Positions 1 through 11,331 of a stretch of 64,000 nt of DNA are shown here, one piece after another. The DNA is from Limnochordia bacterium (GTDB taxonomy: Bacteria; Bacillota; Limnochordia; DTU080): NCBI GenBank assembly GCA_050951545.1, contig JBMNJG010000011.1, positions 288,001-352,000 of the forward strand, read 5' to 3'. How positions within the stretch are numbered: position 1 is the first letter of the stretch; the number at the start of each line of letters is the position of its first letter. Both the position numbers and the translations under genes were made by a program. Below the pieces are notes generated by a model. It saw nothing but the letters and a program-made list of their open reading frames with translations. It was not told where the DNA came from and did no database searches.

Positions 1-4
1 TGTC

Positions 5-553
5 GTGCCAGATGGGATTGGCGTGGTCTGGGCAGCACGACTCTTAGGCGATCGTCTGCCCGAACGCGTGGCTGGTATCGATCTTATGGATGAAGTACTC
101 GCTGTGTGTGCCAACCGTGGCTGGCGTCCCTTCTTTCTCGGGGCAGCTCCAGGGGTGGCTGAAGAGGCGGTTAGCGCGCTGAAGCAGCGCTTTCCTGGAC
201 TTCAGATCGCTGGCGTGCATCATGGCTACTTTGATGCCACTGAAGAAGCAGCCGTGCTGGAGATGATTACCCTAGCCTCTCCAGATTTGCTGCTGGTCGC
301 CATGGGGGCACCTCGTCAGGAGTATTGGATCGCTCGCCACCGCGCTGAACTCAGGGTTCCCGTGGCCGTGGGTGTTGGCGGCAGCTTGGATGTCTGGGCA
401 GGACGCTCCTCTCGGGCTCCTGGTTGGATGAGGGAGATCGGTCTGGAATGGGCCTATCGCCTGATGCGGCAGCCGCGCCGGCTGCTGCGCATGACGGCCT
501 TGCCCCGCTTTGCGATGACCGTGCTATGGCACAGATGGTCTGGCAAGCCGTAG
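5..553 (+). CDS. WecB/TagA/CpsF family glycosyltransferase (5' end truncated by window)
   Basis: Motifs PDGIGVVWA, RVAGIDL, HHGYF, VAMGAPRQEYWI, GVGGSLD, GLEWAYRL. Confidence 0.92.
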   Translation: MPDGIGVVWAARLLGDRLPERVAGIDLMDEVLAVCANRGWRPFFLGAAPGVAEEAVSALKQRFPGLQIAGVHHGYFDATEEAAVLEMITLASPDLLLVAMGAPRQEYWIARHRAELRVPVAVGVGGSLDVWAGRSSRAPGWMREIGLEWAYRLMRQPRRLLRMTALPRFAMTVLWHRWSGKP

Positions 554-569
554 CGGCCTGTGATCAGGG

Positions 570-1619
570 TTACTGCAGCCGCCCGCGGGCTGCTACATTC
601 CAGATCTCTTCCACTCGATTCTGGCGGATGGCATGCACCTGATCGAAAAGGTTGCTCACCACACAGACGTGGTTGGGGATGATCTGCAGCCGTTGGCCTA
701 TCTCCCAAGTCAGGGGAGCACCGGGTGATTCTACCACGCCATGCTCCTCGGACATGCGTACGATAGACGCCTGAGGAAAGCCAACAATGACTCCGTGGCC
801 GCTGAGCCCAAGGAGGTCGGAAGAAAGCGCCTTGCTACCAGCGTCGAGGATCGCCCGATGAGCTGTAGGCCTACTGACAACCGTGGCCACGACGCGCAAA
901 GCACAATCATCGAGGCGGGCCGCTCCCTTCTCCACTGTGTACCGATCGTGATAGATATAGGTACCAGCCCGGTGCTCGCTGAAGACCTCTGCCTCGTGAG
1001 CGTCCCACATCTGGGGAGTGCCGCCGCCGCTCACTACGGGCACGGAGAGGCCAGCCTGTGTGATGAGGCGGACCACTTCATTCATGAAATCGGTGCCTTT
1101 TGGGATGGAGGTCGGATAGGTCATCAGGCCGCCAAATTGCAGCCCCTGCGAGTCAGCAATCTGCTTGGCTAGATCAAGGGCTTCTACTGGGGTCTGAACT
1201 CCGCAGCGACCAAGCCCGGTATCGCACTCCACGAGAACAGGGAGCGGGCGACTCTCTTTCTGCATGGCCTCCGAGAGCCCGTGTACTACCGCGGGGTGGT
1301 CTGCAGTGACCGAGAGCCTGATCTGGCGAGCCAAGTCAACCAGGCGCTGCAGCTTGGCTTGGCCGACAACGTTGTACGTGACCAGGATGTCGTCGGCCAC
1401 TTGGGCCATGACCTCTGCCTCGCCCAGTTTCTGACACGTGATACCGACAGCACCTAATCTCAGCTGTAACCGTGCTAACTCGAGCAGTTTGTGTGTCTTG
1501 ATGTGTGGGCGATTCGCGATACCGTGCCGATTGCAGTACTTCTGCCAGGTCTGAAGATTGCGCTCCACGACGTCCTGATCAATGATGACAGCAGGTGTCT
1601 CGATATCGGAAACTCGCAT
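570..1619 (-). CDS. DSD1/D-threonine aldolase family PLP-dependent enzyme (alanine racemase-like fold)
   Basis: RPHIKTHK (PLP Lys), ECDTGLGRCG, LDAGSKALSSD, SEEHG, PNHVC. Start moved to ATG 1619 behind AAGGGGGAG RBS. Confidence 0.88.
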   Translation of the reverse strand: MRVSDIETPAVIIDQDVVERNLQTWQKYCNRHGIANRPHIKTHKLLELARLQLRLGAVGITCQKLGEAEVMAQVADDILVTYNVVGQAKLQRLVDLARQIRLSVTADHPAVVHGLSEAMQKESRPLPVLVECDTGLGRCGVQTPVEALDLAKQIADSQGLQFGGLMTYPTSIPKGTDFMNEVVRLITQAGLSVPVVSGGGTPQMWDAHEAEVFSEHRAGTYIYHDRYTVEKGAARLDDCALRVVATVVSRPTAHRAILDAGSKALSSDLLGLSGHGVIVGFPQASIVRMSEEHGVVESPGAPLTWEIGQRLQIIPNHVCVVSNLFDQVHAIRQNRVEEIWNVAARGRLQ

Positions 1620-1727
1620 GTTTTGCTCCCCCTTGAGAAACCTTCTACATTGCATCATCGACATGAGCGCCTCATATGGGCGTGGCCTGTGGCGGGCTGC
1701 GGGGCACTCATGCTCTTGATCTGGAGC

Positions 1728-2447
1728 CTAGAGAGCACCTTGTACCACGCCTGACAGTATATCAACCACACCAGCCACCATGGGGTACTCCGATACGTAG
1801 TCTACGATGGCCCGCACTGCGGGAGTGCAGTTGGCCGGAGCAGCTGCCTGACCAGCGGCCTCGAGTACCGCAAGGTCATTATCGGCGTCTCCTATTGAGG
1901 TGATCTCGTCGATAGGTACGTTCTCGATCTCAGCCCACAGGGCCAAGCCCGCGTCTTTGGTTACCCCGTGAGGCACAACCTCGACTGAGCGGCCGGAGTT
2001 GAACAGCTCTATGGGCAGCCCCCGCAGTGCTTTGGCGACAGCGGAGACTAGGTCTGGTAGGTCTTCCTTATCGGGTGGGTTGACGCTGATAAGCACCTCT
2101 TTCCCAAACTCCACGACGACATCCGTGCCCTCTACGAGTTCGTGCAGTTCGGTGACGATCTCGGGCCGTTTGCGCATGAATTCCTGGGGAACGTTCGGAT
2201 GCAGGATAAGGTCCTTGGTGAGAGGGTGCATGAGCAGCGCTCCGTTCTCACAGATGCAGTAGGCCGCGACAAGCAACTGGCGGGCCAAAGCTTCTTGGAA
2301 GGCCGGAGGCCGACCAGAGCAGAGAGCGACCCGAACTTGGCCATCGCGGTTGAATGCGGCAACTTTCTCCAGATTGGTGAAATCCCACATCGCGCCTCGT
2401 GGCGGAATGAGACAGCCGTCTATATCGCAGATCACGTGTCGTACCAT
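1728..2447 (-). CDS. HAD-superfamily hydrolase (Cof/IIB type)
   Basis: DIDGCL motif I, CSGR, ENGA, K..G, IGDADND. Confidence 0.88.
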   Translation of the reverse strand: MVRHVICDIDGCLIPPRGAMWDFTNLEKVAAFNRDGQVRVALCSGRPPAFQEALARQLLVAAYCICENGALLMHPLTKDLILHPNVPQEFMRKRPEIVTELHELVEGTDVVVEFGKEVLISVNPPDKEDLPDLVSAVAKALRGLPIELFNSGRSVEVVPHGVTKDAGLALWAEIENVPIDEITSIGDADNDLAVLEAAGQAAAPANCTPAVRAIVDYVSEYPMVAGVVDILSGVVQGAL

Positions 2448-2544
2448 TTGCTGCAGCTCCTGTCTTTAGAGTGGTAGGGCACGGCTCTTTGAGGTTCGTG
2501 GTACGTCTATTGTTGTCCTGCGTGTGTGCGAGAGGTTTCCCGAT

Positions 2545-2573
2545 TTGAAGCAACGCCGTTTTTCCGTTATAAT
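2545..2573 (+). promoter_or_regulatory. sigA-like promoter for ctpA operon
   Basis: TTGAAG-17 bp-TATAAT upstream of the S41 peptidase. Confidence 0.55.
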
Positions 2574-2634
2574 AAGGGGACACATTGCCCGAGCATAACG
2601 CAGTTCGGGGTGCCATAGTATCGATCGTGAAGCA

Positions 2635-3921
2635 ATGAGAGGCCGGGTGGGACGCATGACAGGACGGCGCAGGGTGTTTCTCGCCATGCTGTTGGTAACC
2701 CTCGTAGTTGGCGGTTCTCTAGCGGTAGCCCGCCAGATCGTCGCTGACGACGAAGGCAAGCCGCGCGAGGAGCTGCGCACCGTGCTTGAGGTTATCGCAC
2801 TGGTCAAGACGCAGTACGTAGATCCTGTTGAGGCCACTGAACTGCTGCGAGCGTACATTGATACGGGTTCGATTAATGGCATGTTGGCCGCCGTCCTAGA
2901 AGATCCGTACACGCGTCATCTGGATGTGCAGGCCTTTAGCCAGATGCAGATCGATACGACGGGGCATTTTGCTGGCATCGGCATCATGGTGGGTCTCAAG
3001 GACGAAAAGATCACTGTCATTGCTCCTATTGAAAACACCCCGGCACATCGGGCGGGCCTCCGAGGGGGCGACCGGATTTGCGCCATTAACTCCCGCTCCT
3101 CGGAGTTCATGTCTCTTGACGAAGCAGTAAGTCTTATGCGAGGCAAAGAGGGAACCAAGATCACACTGACCATTGAGCGAGGGAAGACTCCTCCGTTCGA
3201 GAGGTTCGACGTGACGATTATCCGAGCTGCCATTGAGGTACCGAGTGTGGCTGATGCTGTCGTGTTGCAGGGTGACGCTTGGCCTGTGACGGAACCAGTA
3301 GGTTATATTCGCCTCACGCAGTTCAGTGAGCGGAGCAGCCAGGAACTTGAAGAAGCTCTGCAGTCGATGGCCGCCAAACAGGTCAAGAGTCTGATTCTCG
3401 ATCTGCGCAACAATCCGGGCGGCCTGCTGACAGCCGCTGTAGAAGTTTCTGGGAAGTTTCTCGATGGTGGTCCCGTGGTGCATATTGTGGGACGCGACCA
3501 TGAGAAGAAAACACTGGCAGCCTTTCCCCGTGCGACCCACAGTGACCTGGCACTTGTGGTCTTGGTCAACGGCTTCAGCGCCAGCGCTTCCGAGATTGTC
3601 GCAGGTGCTCTGCAAGATAGGGGCGTCGCCACAGTAGTGGGTGAGCGTACGTTTGGCAAAGGACTGGTGCAGGTCGTCATTCCCATGCGTGATGGTTCGG
3701 CTCTGTCACTTACCTCTGCTCGTTACCAGACTGCTGGTGGCCGTTTCATTCATGAGAAGGGTATCGAACCAGACGTCGAGGTGAAACTCGATCAGCACAC
3801 ACAGGAAGCCGACGAGGGATCATCGACGCTCAGCCCAGATGACCCCCAGTTGCGCAAGGCTCTCGAGATATTGCGAGACAAGAGCGGCATTCAGAGTAGT
3901 GAGTTGAGAAGGGCCGGATGA
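2635..3921 (+). CDS. ctpA: Carboxyl-terminal processing protease, S41A family, with PDZ
   Basis: N-terminal TM/signal, DPYT, GIGI PDZ, LDLRNNPGG, SASASEIVAGAL, TFGKG. Exact start uncertain. Confidence 0.93.
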   Translation: MRGRVGRMTGRRRVFLAMLLVTLVVGGSLAVARQIVADDEGKPREELRTVLEVIALVKTQYVDPVEATELLRAYIDTGSINGMLAAVLEDPYTRHLDVQAFSQMQIDTTGHFAGIGIMVGLKDEKITVIAPIENTPAHRAGLRGGDRICAINSRSSEFMSLDEAVSLMRGKEGTKITLTIERGKTPPFERFDVTIIRAAIEVPSVADAVVLQGDAWPVTEPVGYIRLTQFSERSSQELEEALQSMAAKQVKSLILDLRNNPGGLLTAAVEVSGKFLDGGPVVHIVGRDHEKKTLAAFPRATHSDLALVVLVNGFSASASEIVAGALQDRGVATVVGERTFGKGLVQVVIPMRDGSALSLTSARYQTAGGRFIHEKGIEPDVEVKLDQHTQEADEGSSTLSPDDPQLRKALEILRDKSGIQSSELRRAG

Positions 3922-3989
3922 GGAGAATCTCTGGCCGCCTGCCACGGTCAGGGGTCGAGAAGGTGGCGGCGGTAAGGTAGGTTTTCGCC

Positions 3990-5231
3990 ATGGCAGATCT
4001 AATGGCAGATTCGCTGGTTACCCAGTTGTGCCGCCTCGATCTGCTGTTGCTGGCGGTGGTGGTGCTCTATCTCATCTACTGGCAGTATCTGCGTATCGGT
4101 CGCACGGAGTCAGTTCTCTATGGCCTGGCGTTGGACAATCCGCGCTTTCAGCTCGCGCAAGCCTTGGTTGCCGGGCTGGCAGGTGGCCTATTGGCCACAT
4201 TCCTGTTCGTGTGTGTGGGCATTCCTCTTTCTGGCATCGGTATCTGGTATATCTGGATGGTGGCCTTGGTTCTGGCGCTCTTCAGCCCTCGCTTCTTCTG
4301 CTTCTCGTATGCCGGAAGTCTAGTTTCTTTGGCTCACCTTGTGTGGGGCGTACCTCGTAACCTGCACGTGCCAGCGGTGCTGGCGCTGATAGGCGCACTG
4401 CATTTGGTGGAGGCCTTCTTAGTCGCTGTCAATGGGGCCGAGGGCGCAACACCTGTCTATGTACGTTCGCATCAGGGCCATGCGGTAGGAGCCTTCTTGC
4501 TGCAAAGGGCCTGGCCCATTCCTTTTCTGGCATTGGTGGCCGGCGGGCTGGGCCCAGCGCTTATGCCTGTACTTCCCTGGTGGCCGCTTATTCGGTCGGA
4601 GGCTTATGTAAGCGTGTTGGACGAGCGCTTGATCTACTCGTTGCTACCAGTCTTTGCCGCACTGGGTTACAGTGAGCTGGCAATCACTTGCAGACCGCGG
4701 GAAAAAGCACGACATACTGCTTCATTACTGGTGGTCTATGGCCTGCTCTTGCTGGCGTTGAGCGCGTGTGCTCAGCACCATGAAGGGTGGACCTTAGTCG
4801 CAATTGTCTTCGCTCCATTGGGCCATGAGGCGGTAGTCTACTGGGGTAGGCAGCGTGGAATCCGTGGCGAACCCCTTTATGTGGCCCATCGAGGGGTGAT
4901 GGTCCTGGGGGTACTGCCACAGAGCCCGGCCGCCAAGATGGGGCTTGTGGAGGGTGACGTGATTGTGCGATTCAACGACGAATGCGTCAGGAGCAAGAGC
5001 GAACTCGCAGCAGCGATGTATCCTTGGGCCATCGCTGCTCAGGTTGAGGTGAGGAACCTTTTCACGGGTCGAACCCAGACGCTGGTCTGTGAGGGCAAGG
5101 TGCCTCCTTTGGGTGCGATCTTGGCTCCAGGTCCCGATGAGCCATGCATTGTGGATCTGCGTGAACCAGGCGCGATAAGTCGCTGGTGGCGCGAGCGACG
5201 TCAGCGCTGGGCTGGAGGTCGCAGCTTTTGA
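3990..5231 (+). CDS. PDZ-domain polytopic membrane protein (MinJ/YvjD-like)
   Basis: Multiple TM helices, RFFCFSYAG, LHLVEA, C-terminal PDZ (SPAAKMGLVEGDVI). Lies between ctpA and uvrB as in B. subtilis. Confidence 0.8.
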   Translation: MADLMADSLVTQLCRLDLLLLAVVVLYLIYWQYLRIGRTESVLYGLALDNPRFQLAQALVAGLAGGLLATFLFVCVGIPLSGIGIWYIWMVALVLALFSPRFFCFSYAGSLVSLAHLVWGVPRNLHVPAVLALIGALHLVEAFLVAVNGAEGATPVYVRSHQGHAVGAFLLQRAWPIPFLALVAGGLGPALMPVLPWWPLIRSEAYVSVLDERLIYSLLPVFAALGYSELAITCRPREKARHTASLLVVYGLLLLALSACAQHHEGWTLVAIVFAPLGHEAVVYWGRQRGIRGEPLYVAHRGVMVLGVLPQSPAAKMGLVEGDVIVRFNDECVRSKSELAAAMYPWAIAAQVEVRNLFTGRTQTLVCEGKVPPLGAILAPGPDEPCIVDLREPGAISRWWRERRQRWAGGRSF

Positions 5232-6376
5232 GCATAGGAGCGCCATCTCCCGAGCCGCAGCGGTCACGGCGGGCGGCTATTACTGGTATCGTTGCCGTCG
5301 CGCTGCTCTTGCTGCTGGCCAAGTTGCCATCCCGGCCAACAGAGCAGACCTATTCCGCAGAGAGACCTCCGGCGCCATCGGCTAGCGAACAGAAGCGAGA
5401 GGTCGTTTCTCAACCTCAGCGTAAGGAGAAGAGTCTTCCCCCACCTTCTGTTGCCTACACACGCGGTCCAGAGGTGGTGCCGTACGCATCGGCCCCGTGC
5501 CTGGCACTGGTGATTGATGACTGGGGGTACAATTGGGATGCTGCAGAGGCTTTCCTGCAGGTTCCTGCTTCGCTGACGGCGGCGATTCTGCCCCATCTAC
5601 CTCAGTCGCAGGAGTACGCTCGTCGAGCCGCTGAAGCCGGTTTCGATGTCTTTGTGCATCTTCCGTTGGAGCCGCTAGGGAGCTATCGAGTGGATGCGGC
5701 GGGTATGATTACCACGAAGATGAGCGATACTCAGATACGCTCTGAAGTTGAGGCGGCCATTGCTGCGGTTCCCGGAGCCGTGGGTGTTAACACTCACATG
5801 GGGTCGAAAGCGACTGCTGACGCCCGGGTTATGCAGTCTGTGTTGGGTGCGGTACGCGATGCCGGGCTGATTTTTGTCGATAGTCGCACCACGTCTGGCT
5901 CTCGTGGTCACCAGGTAGCTCACGAAATGGGGCTGGCCACAGTAGAAAACAGGTTGTTCATCGACGGACGTGCCAACGTGCCGTATATAGAGGAACGCCT
6001 GCTATCTGCGGCTCACGCAGCGCAAAGAGACGGCTTTGCTGTGGCGATCGGGCACGTGCGTCCAGCTACGGTCAAGGCCCTTCTGGGTGCACTGCCCAAG
6101 ATCCGACGCATGGGTGTGCGCTTGGTGCGCGTATCCGAGCTGTTTGAGCGGACGACAGTGGCTGGTGCCTACCCTTGGGCATCACGCAGTGTGCAGCAGT
6201 CGGAACCTGCACCGGAGACAGAACTCATCGAGAGCGAGGCCCAAGGTTCCCTTGTGGCAGAGGACCGAGACCCCCCTATCCCTGAGGAGAGCGTAGAGCC
6301 AGAGAAAAAGGAAGAGCTGAGTGAGGAAGAGTCGCAGGAGATCGCGGATGTAGAGCGAAACGTGGATGAAGAGTAG
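5186..6376 (+). CDS. Divergent polysaccharide deacetylase family protein (YibQ-like)
   Basis: LVIDDWG, VHLPLEP, NTHMGSKAT, FVDSRT, AIGH. N-terminal TM and acidic C-tail. Start uncertain. Confidence 0.88.
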   Translation: MARATSALGWRSQLLSIGAPSPEPQRSRRAAITGIVAVALLLLLAKLPSRPTEQTYSAERPPAPSASEQKREVVSQPQRKEKSLPPPSVAYTRGPEVVPYASAPCLALVIDDWGYNWDAAEAFLQVPASLTAAILPHLPQSQEYARRAAEAGFDVFVHLPLEPLGSYRVDAAGMITTKMSDTQIRSEVEAAIAAVPGAVGVNTHMGSKATADARVMQSVLGAVRDAGLIFVDSRTTSGSRGHQVAHEMGLATVENRLFIDGRANVPYIEERLLSAAHAAQRDGFAVAIGHVRPATVKALLGALPKIRRMGVRLVRVSELFERTTVAGAYPWASRSVQQSEPAPETELIESEAQGSLVAEDRDPPIPEESVEPEKKEELSEEESQEIADVERNVDEE

Positions 6377-6388
6377 AGCACTTGTTCG
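6375..6388 (+). promoter_or_regulatory. Putative LexA (SOS/Cheo) box upstream of uvrB
   Basis: AGAGCACTTGTTCG: one mismatch to the core GAAC-N4-GTTC, about 30 bp before the uvrB start. Confidence 0.5.
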
Positions 6389-6419
6389 CCAGTGTCGTGG
6401 TCATGTGTGAGGAGGCATA

Positions 6420-8444
6420 GTGATGCAAGCTCGGGAAAAGCCGAGCAGTCGGCCTTTTCAGGTCGTTTCGGAGTACACACCAGCGGGGGATCAACCGCTG
6501 GCTATCGAGCAATTGGCCGAATCCATCAACGCCGGACGGCGGTACATGACGTTGTTGGGTGCTACTGGCACAGGAAAGACCTATACCATGGCCAAGGTCA
6601 TTGAGCGCGTGCAGAAACCGACGCTGGTGATCGCTCATAACAAGACCCTGGCCGCTCAGCTTTGCAGTGAGTTTCGCTCCTTCTTTCCCCATAACGCTGT
6701 ACACTACTTCATCAGTTACTATGACTACTTCCAGCCTGAGGCTTATGTACCTCAGACAGACACCTACATCGAGAAAGACTCATCCATCAACGATGAGATC
6801 GATCGCTTGCGTCACGCTGCCACCAGTGCTCTGTTTGAGCGGCGGGATGTGTTGATCGTAGCCAGTGTCTCTTGTATCTACGGTCTAGGCTCCCCGGACG
6901 ACTATGTAGCTATGACGTTGTCTTTGCAGAACGGGGATTTTCGTGACCGCGACAAGATCTTGCGGAAGCTGGTGGGTATACAGTACATCCGCAACGATAT
7001 CGGGTTCAAGCGGGGCACTTTTCGGGTACGGGGCGATGTCATCGAAATCGTCCCGGTCTATAACGAGAACGTCATCCGTATCGAACTCTTCGGCGACGAG
7101 GTAGAGCGCATTCTGGAGCTTGATCCACTTACTGGCGAAATCGTCGCTCGGCTGGATAAGATCAGCATCTATCCGGCGACACACTACGTCACTCCCGAGG
7201 AGAAGCTCAAGGGAGCGCTAGACTCTATCGAGCAGGAGTTGGACGAGCGCGTAAGCTTCCTCAAGCGAGAAGGCAAGCTCTTGGAGGCTCAGAGAACTGA
7301 GCAGCGTACGCGCTATGATCTGGAAATGCTTCGTGAGGTGGGCTATTGTCAGGGGGTGGAGAACTATTCCCGGCATCTCGATGGGCGAGAACCCGGTCAG
7401 CCTCCCCCGACCTTGCTCGACTACTTCCCTGGTGACTTTCTCATGATTGTCGACGAGTCACATCAGACCTTGCCTCAGGTACGGGGCATGTATTTTGGCG
7501 ACCGTTCACGCAAGGAGACCTTGGTAGAGTATGGTTTTCGCTTGCCCTCTGCCTTAGATAACCGTCCCCTCACATGGGATGAGTTTGAGCGTCATATGGT
7601 TCAGGCTGTTTTCACGTCCGCCACACCCGGCCCCTACGAGCGTCAGAAGAGTGAGGCAGTGATTGAGCAGATCATTCGTCCCACAGGGCTCTTGGATCCG
7701 GAAGTGGAGGTTCGCCCAGTTGATGGGCAGATTGATGATCTGATTGATGAGATCGAACAGGTTGTGGCCCGGGGCGAGCGGGTATTGGTTACGACGCTGA
7801 CCAAGAAAATGGCCGAGGACCTTACGGACTACCTCGCCGATACTGGCATCAAAGTGCGCTATCTACACTCCGAAATCCAGAGTCTCGAGCGCGTAGAGAT
7901 CCTGCGCGACCTGCGTCTAGGCGAGTTTGACGTTCTTGTCGGCATCAACTTGCTGCGGGAGGGACTTGACTTACCGGAGGTCTCGCTGGTTGCCATTTTG
8001 GACGCGGACCGGGAGGGCTTCTTGCGCTCTGATACAGCGTTGATCCAGACCATCGGGCGAGCGGCACGCAATATTAACGGGAAAGCCATTATGTACGCTG
8101 ACACAGTTACCGAATCTATGCGACGAGCCATTGACGAAACCAATCGTCGCCGGGCGGTGCAAAGAGCACATAACGAGGCTCACGGTATCACACCCGAAAC
8201 GGTGCGCAAGGCGATCCATGAGACCATTAGGGCTGAGCGCCCCGAGGAAGAGGCAGCGCCTGAAGCAGTCACCTCTGCTCGGCAGATGCTGGCCTCGCTG
8301 GACAGCAAGCACCTCGCAGGGCACATCAAGAAACTCGAGGCAGAGATGATTGAGGCTGCTAGGCGGTTGGAGTTCGAGCGGGCAGCGGAGTTGCGCGATG
8401 AGATCGCGGAGATGCGGGAGATCCTTTTGGAGTCTACAGGTTAG
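6420..8444 (+). CDS. uvrB: Excinuclease ABC subunit B
   Basis: [42 protein letters not shown]-terminal UVR domain. Confidence 0.99.
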   Translation: MMQAREKPSSRPFQVVSEYTPAGDQPLAIEQLAESINAGRRYMTLLGATGTGKTYTMAKVIERVQKPTLVIAHNKTLAAQLCSEFRSFFPHNAVHYFISYYDYFQPEAYVPQTDTYIEKDSSINDEIDRLRHAATSALFERRDVLIVASVSCIYGLGSPDDYVAMTLSLQNGDFRDRDKILRKLVGIQYIRNDIGFKRGTFRVRGDVIEIVPVYNENVIRIELFGDEVERILELDPLTGEIVARLDKISIYPATHYVTPEEKLKGALDSIEQELDERVSFLKREGKLLEAQRTEQRTRYDLEMLREVGYCQGVENYSRHLDGREPGQPPPTLLDYFPGDFLMIVDESHQTLPQVRGMYFGDRSRKETLVEYGFRLPSALDNRPLTWDEFERHMVQAVFTSATPGPYERQKSEAVIEQIIRPTGLLDPEVEVRPVDGQIDDLIDEIEQVVARGERVLVTTLTKKMAEDLTDYLADTGIKVRYLHSEIQSLERVEILRDLRLGEFDVLVGINLLREGLDLPEVSLVAILDADREGFLRSDTALIQTIGRAARNINGKAIMYADTVTESMRRAIDETNRRRAVQRAHNEAHGITPETVRKAIHETIRAERPEEEAAPEAVTSARQMLASLDSKHLAGHIKKLEAEMIEAARRLEFERAAELRDEIAEMREILLESTG

Positions 8445-8458
8445 ATGGGATTGAGCCT

Positions 8459-11317
8459 ATGAGCAAAGAGTTCATTCGTATTCGAGGAGCGCGCCAACAC
8501 AATCTCAAGAACATTAATGTCGATATCCCACGGGATAGGCTCGTGGTCTTTACGGGGCTATCCGGGTCAGGGAAATCTTCATTAGCTTTCGATACGATAT
8601 ACGCGGAAGGTCAGCGCCGTTACGTGGAATCACTGTCTGCCTACGCGCGCCAGTTTTTGGGGCAGATGGATAAGCCGGACGTCGATTTCATTGAGGGCTT
8701 GTCTCCAGCCATCTCGATTGACCAGAAATCGTCGAGCCGCAATCCGCGCTCTACTGTGGGTACCGTCACGGAAATCTATGATTACCTCCGTCTATTGTAC
8801 GCGCGCATCGGTAAGCCGCACTGCACGAAGTGTGGCAAGCCCATTGAGCAGCAGAGCGCAGAGCAGATAGTCAATCAGGTGATGGATCTGGGCGAGCGCA
8901 CGCGCATCCAGGTGCTGGCACCAGTGGTACGCGGCCGCAAGGGTGAGCACAAGAAACTACTGGAAGACATCCGGCGAGACGGTTTCGTGCGCGTCCGCGT
9001 GGATGGTGAGATGCACGAGATCAGTGAACAGATAGACCTCGACAAGAACAAGGCACATGACATCTCGGTGGTAGTGGACCGTATTGTGGTGCGCGAAGAT
9101 GTGCGCGGACGGCTTACGGACTCCATTGAGACAGCGCTCCAGCGGGGAGCAGGTATTGTAGTGATTGACGTGATGGATGGCCCCGAGTTGGTCTTCTCAG
9201 AGAGCTTTGCCTGTGTGGACTGTGGGGTTAGCTTTGAGGAGCTCGCTCCCCGCATGTTCTCGTTTAACAGCCCCTACGGAGCCTGCCAGACATGCGGTGG
9301 GTTGGGAGAGAAAACGGAGATCGATCCGGATCTCTTGCTCGACCCGCGCTACTCGCTGGCACAGGGAGCCATCATCCCCTGGCGCCAAAGCAGCAGCAAG
9401 TGGCTTTCCGGTGTGCTCGCTGGCGTCTGCGAGAGGTACGAGATCGACGAGAATGCTCCTTTAGCATCGCTCTCACCTGAGCAGACACAGGTGCTCCTAA
9501 ATGGAACTCAGGGTGAACAGGTCAGCTTTGACTACGTGAATCGGCAAGGCCGACAGCGTAGATTCACCACCGAGTATGAGGGCATCCTTCCGCATCTGGA
9601 GAGGCGCTATCGGGAGACGCAGAGCGAGTACATCAGGCGCGAGATCGAGCAGTACATGAGTTCGCGGCGGTGCCCTGATTGCCGGGGCAGGCGTCTGCGA
9701 CCTGAAAGCTTGGCTGTGCGCGTGGGAGATCTCAACATTATTGAGCTGACCTCCATGTCTGTCAACCGTACGGAGAGATTCCTTGCCAAACTCGTGCTGA
9801 CTGAAAGGGAGGGCCTCATCGCCCACCAGATTCTGAAGGAGGTCCGGGCGCGGCTGGCATTTCTCACCAGTGTGGGTCTGGGTTATCTCACACTGGATCG
9901 GGCTGCTGCTACGCTCTCGGGCGGCGAAGCGCAGCGCATTCGACTAGCGACACAGATTGGCTCGAGCCTTGTTGGTGTGCTCTACATTCTGGACGAGCCC
10001 AGTATCGGACTACATCAGCGTGATAACCGACGCCTGCTCGATACGCTGAAGGCCTTGCGTGATCTGGGCAATACGGTCATTGTGGTCGAGCACGATGAAG
10101 AGACGATTCGCGAGGCAGATCACGTCGTGGATATCGGCCCGGGGGCAGGGATTCACGGCGGAGAACTCGTGGCGGCGGGCACCGTGGAGGAGATCATGGC
10201 CAATCCGAAATCCGTTACGGGGCAGTATTTAAGCGCGCAACGGGCAATTCGTGTGCCGCAGACGCGCCGCACACCTAACGGGAAGTGGCTACGGGTGCTG
10301 GGAGCGCGAGAGCATAACCTGCAGCACATTGACGTAGAGATCCCCCTAGGCACGTTCGTCTGTGTGACCGGAGTCTCAGGCTCAGGCAAGAGCACTCTGG
10401 TCAATGAGATTCTCTATAAGCGTCTTGCTCGGGAGTTGAACGGAGCGAATGTGAAGCCAGGGGCGCATGAGGCGGTGGAGGGGCTAGAGCATCTGCAGAA
10501 AGTGATCAACATCGACCAATCCCCCATTGGCCGTACACCGCGCTCTAACCCAGCCACCTACACGGGCTCTTTCGATCTGGTACGCGAGCTGTACGCCGCC
10601 ACGCCTGACGCGAAGATGCGGGGCTATGCTCCTGGACGTTTCAGCTTTAACGTGAAGGGCGGACGGTGTGAGGCCTGTCGTGGTGACGGGATCATCAAGA
10701 TTGAGATGCATTTTCTTCCTGATGTTTACGTTCCCTGTGAGGTATGCGGCGGCAAGCGCTACAACCGGGAGACCCTAGCGGTGCGCTACAAGGGCAAATC
10801 CATTGCTGACGTACTGGCCATGACGGTTGAGGAGGCTTGCGATTTCTTCCGCAACATTCCCCGGCTGGCGCGCAAGCTGCAGACGCTCGTGGATGTGGGG
10901 CTCGGGTATATCGATCTGGGGCAGCCCGCCACGACCTTGTCGGGCGGAGAGGCCCAGAGGGTAAAGCTTGCCACGGAGCTCTCGCGACGAAGTAATGGCA
11001 AGACGCTGTACATTCTCGATGAGCCGACGACAGGTCTCCATATCGCCGATGTAGAGAAGCTACTTGACGTACTGGACCGTTTGGTCGAGGCTGGAGATAC
11101 AGTGCTAGTCATCGAGCATAATCTTGACGTGGTTAAGACCGCAGATTACATCATCGATTTGGGTCCCGAAGGCGGTGATGAAGGCGGCCAAGTGGTGGCT
11201 GCAGGAACACCTGAAGAGGTAGCTGCCTGTGGTACTTCTTACACGGGTCAGTTTCTTGCTCCTGTCTTGGGACTGGTGCCCGTTGGCTTGCCTGAAGCCT
11301 TGAATGGGGGCCTATGA
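8459..11317 (+). CDS. uvrA: Excinuclease ABC subunit A
   Basis: Two ABC domains ([24 protein letters not shown]) and Cys4 zinc fingers. Confidence 0.99.
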   Translation: MSKEFIRIRGARQHNLKNINVDIPRDRLVVFTGLSGSGKSSLAFDTIYAEGQRRYVESLSAYARQFLGQMDKPDVDFIEGLSPAISIDQKSSSRNPRSTVGTVTEIYDYLRLLYARIGKPHCTKCGKPIEQQSAEQIVNQVMDLGERTRIQVLAPVVRGRKGEHKKLLEDIRRDGFVRVRVDGEMHEISEQIDLDKNKAHDISVVVDRIVVREDVRGRLTDSIETALQRGAGIVVIDVMDGPELVFSESFACVDCGVSFEELAPRMFSFNSPYGACQTCGGLGEKTEIDPDLLLDPRYSLAQGAIIPWRQSSSKWLSGVLAGVCERYEIDENAPLASLSPEQTQVLLNGTQGEQVSFDYVNRQGRQRRFTTEYEGILPHLERRYRETQSEYIRREIEQYMSSRRCPDCRGRRLRPESLAVRVGDLNIIELTSMSVNRTERFLAKLVLTEREGLIAHQILKEVRARLAFLTSVGLGYLTLDRAAATLSGGEAQRIRLATQIGSSLVGVLYILDEPSIGLHQRDNRRLLDTLKALRDLGNTVIVVEHDEETIREADHVVDIGPGAGIHGGELVAAGTVEEIMANPKSVTGQYLSAQRAIRVPQTRRTPNGKWLRVLGAREHNLQHIDVEIPLGTFVCVTGVSGSGKSTLVNEILYKRLARELNGANVKPGAHEAVEGLEHLQKVINIDQSPIGRTPRSNPATYTGSFDLVRELYAATPDAKMRGYAPGRFSFNVKGGRCEACRGDGIIKIEMHFLPDVYVPCEVCGGKRYNRETLAVRYKGKSIADVLAMTVEEACDFFRNIPRLARKLQTLVDVGLGYIDLGQPATTLSGGEAQRVKLATELSRRSNGKTLYILDEPTTGLHIADVEKLLDVLDRLVEAGDTVLVIEHNLDVVKTADYIIDLGPEGGDEGGQVVAAGTPEEVAACGTSYTGQFLAPVLGLVPVGLPEALNGGL

Positions 11318-11331
11318 CTGGGTGATCCATA

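Noticed and set aside
2576-2615. Fourth copy of the recurrent leader motif before ctpA (GGGGACACATTGCCCGAGCATAACGCAGTTCGGGG)
   Set aside because: Resembles the GCCCG..GCRTAAC..GTT part but lacks GGGAGTA and CGCAC and is not adjacent to an RBS; needs a covariance model to decide.
2896-3615. Long antisense ORFs over housekeeping genes (also 17025-17738, 37961-38689, 52141-52878, 60438-61103)
   Set aside because: Shadow ORFs expected in GC-rich DNA; they overlap well-supported genes and show no motifs.
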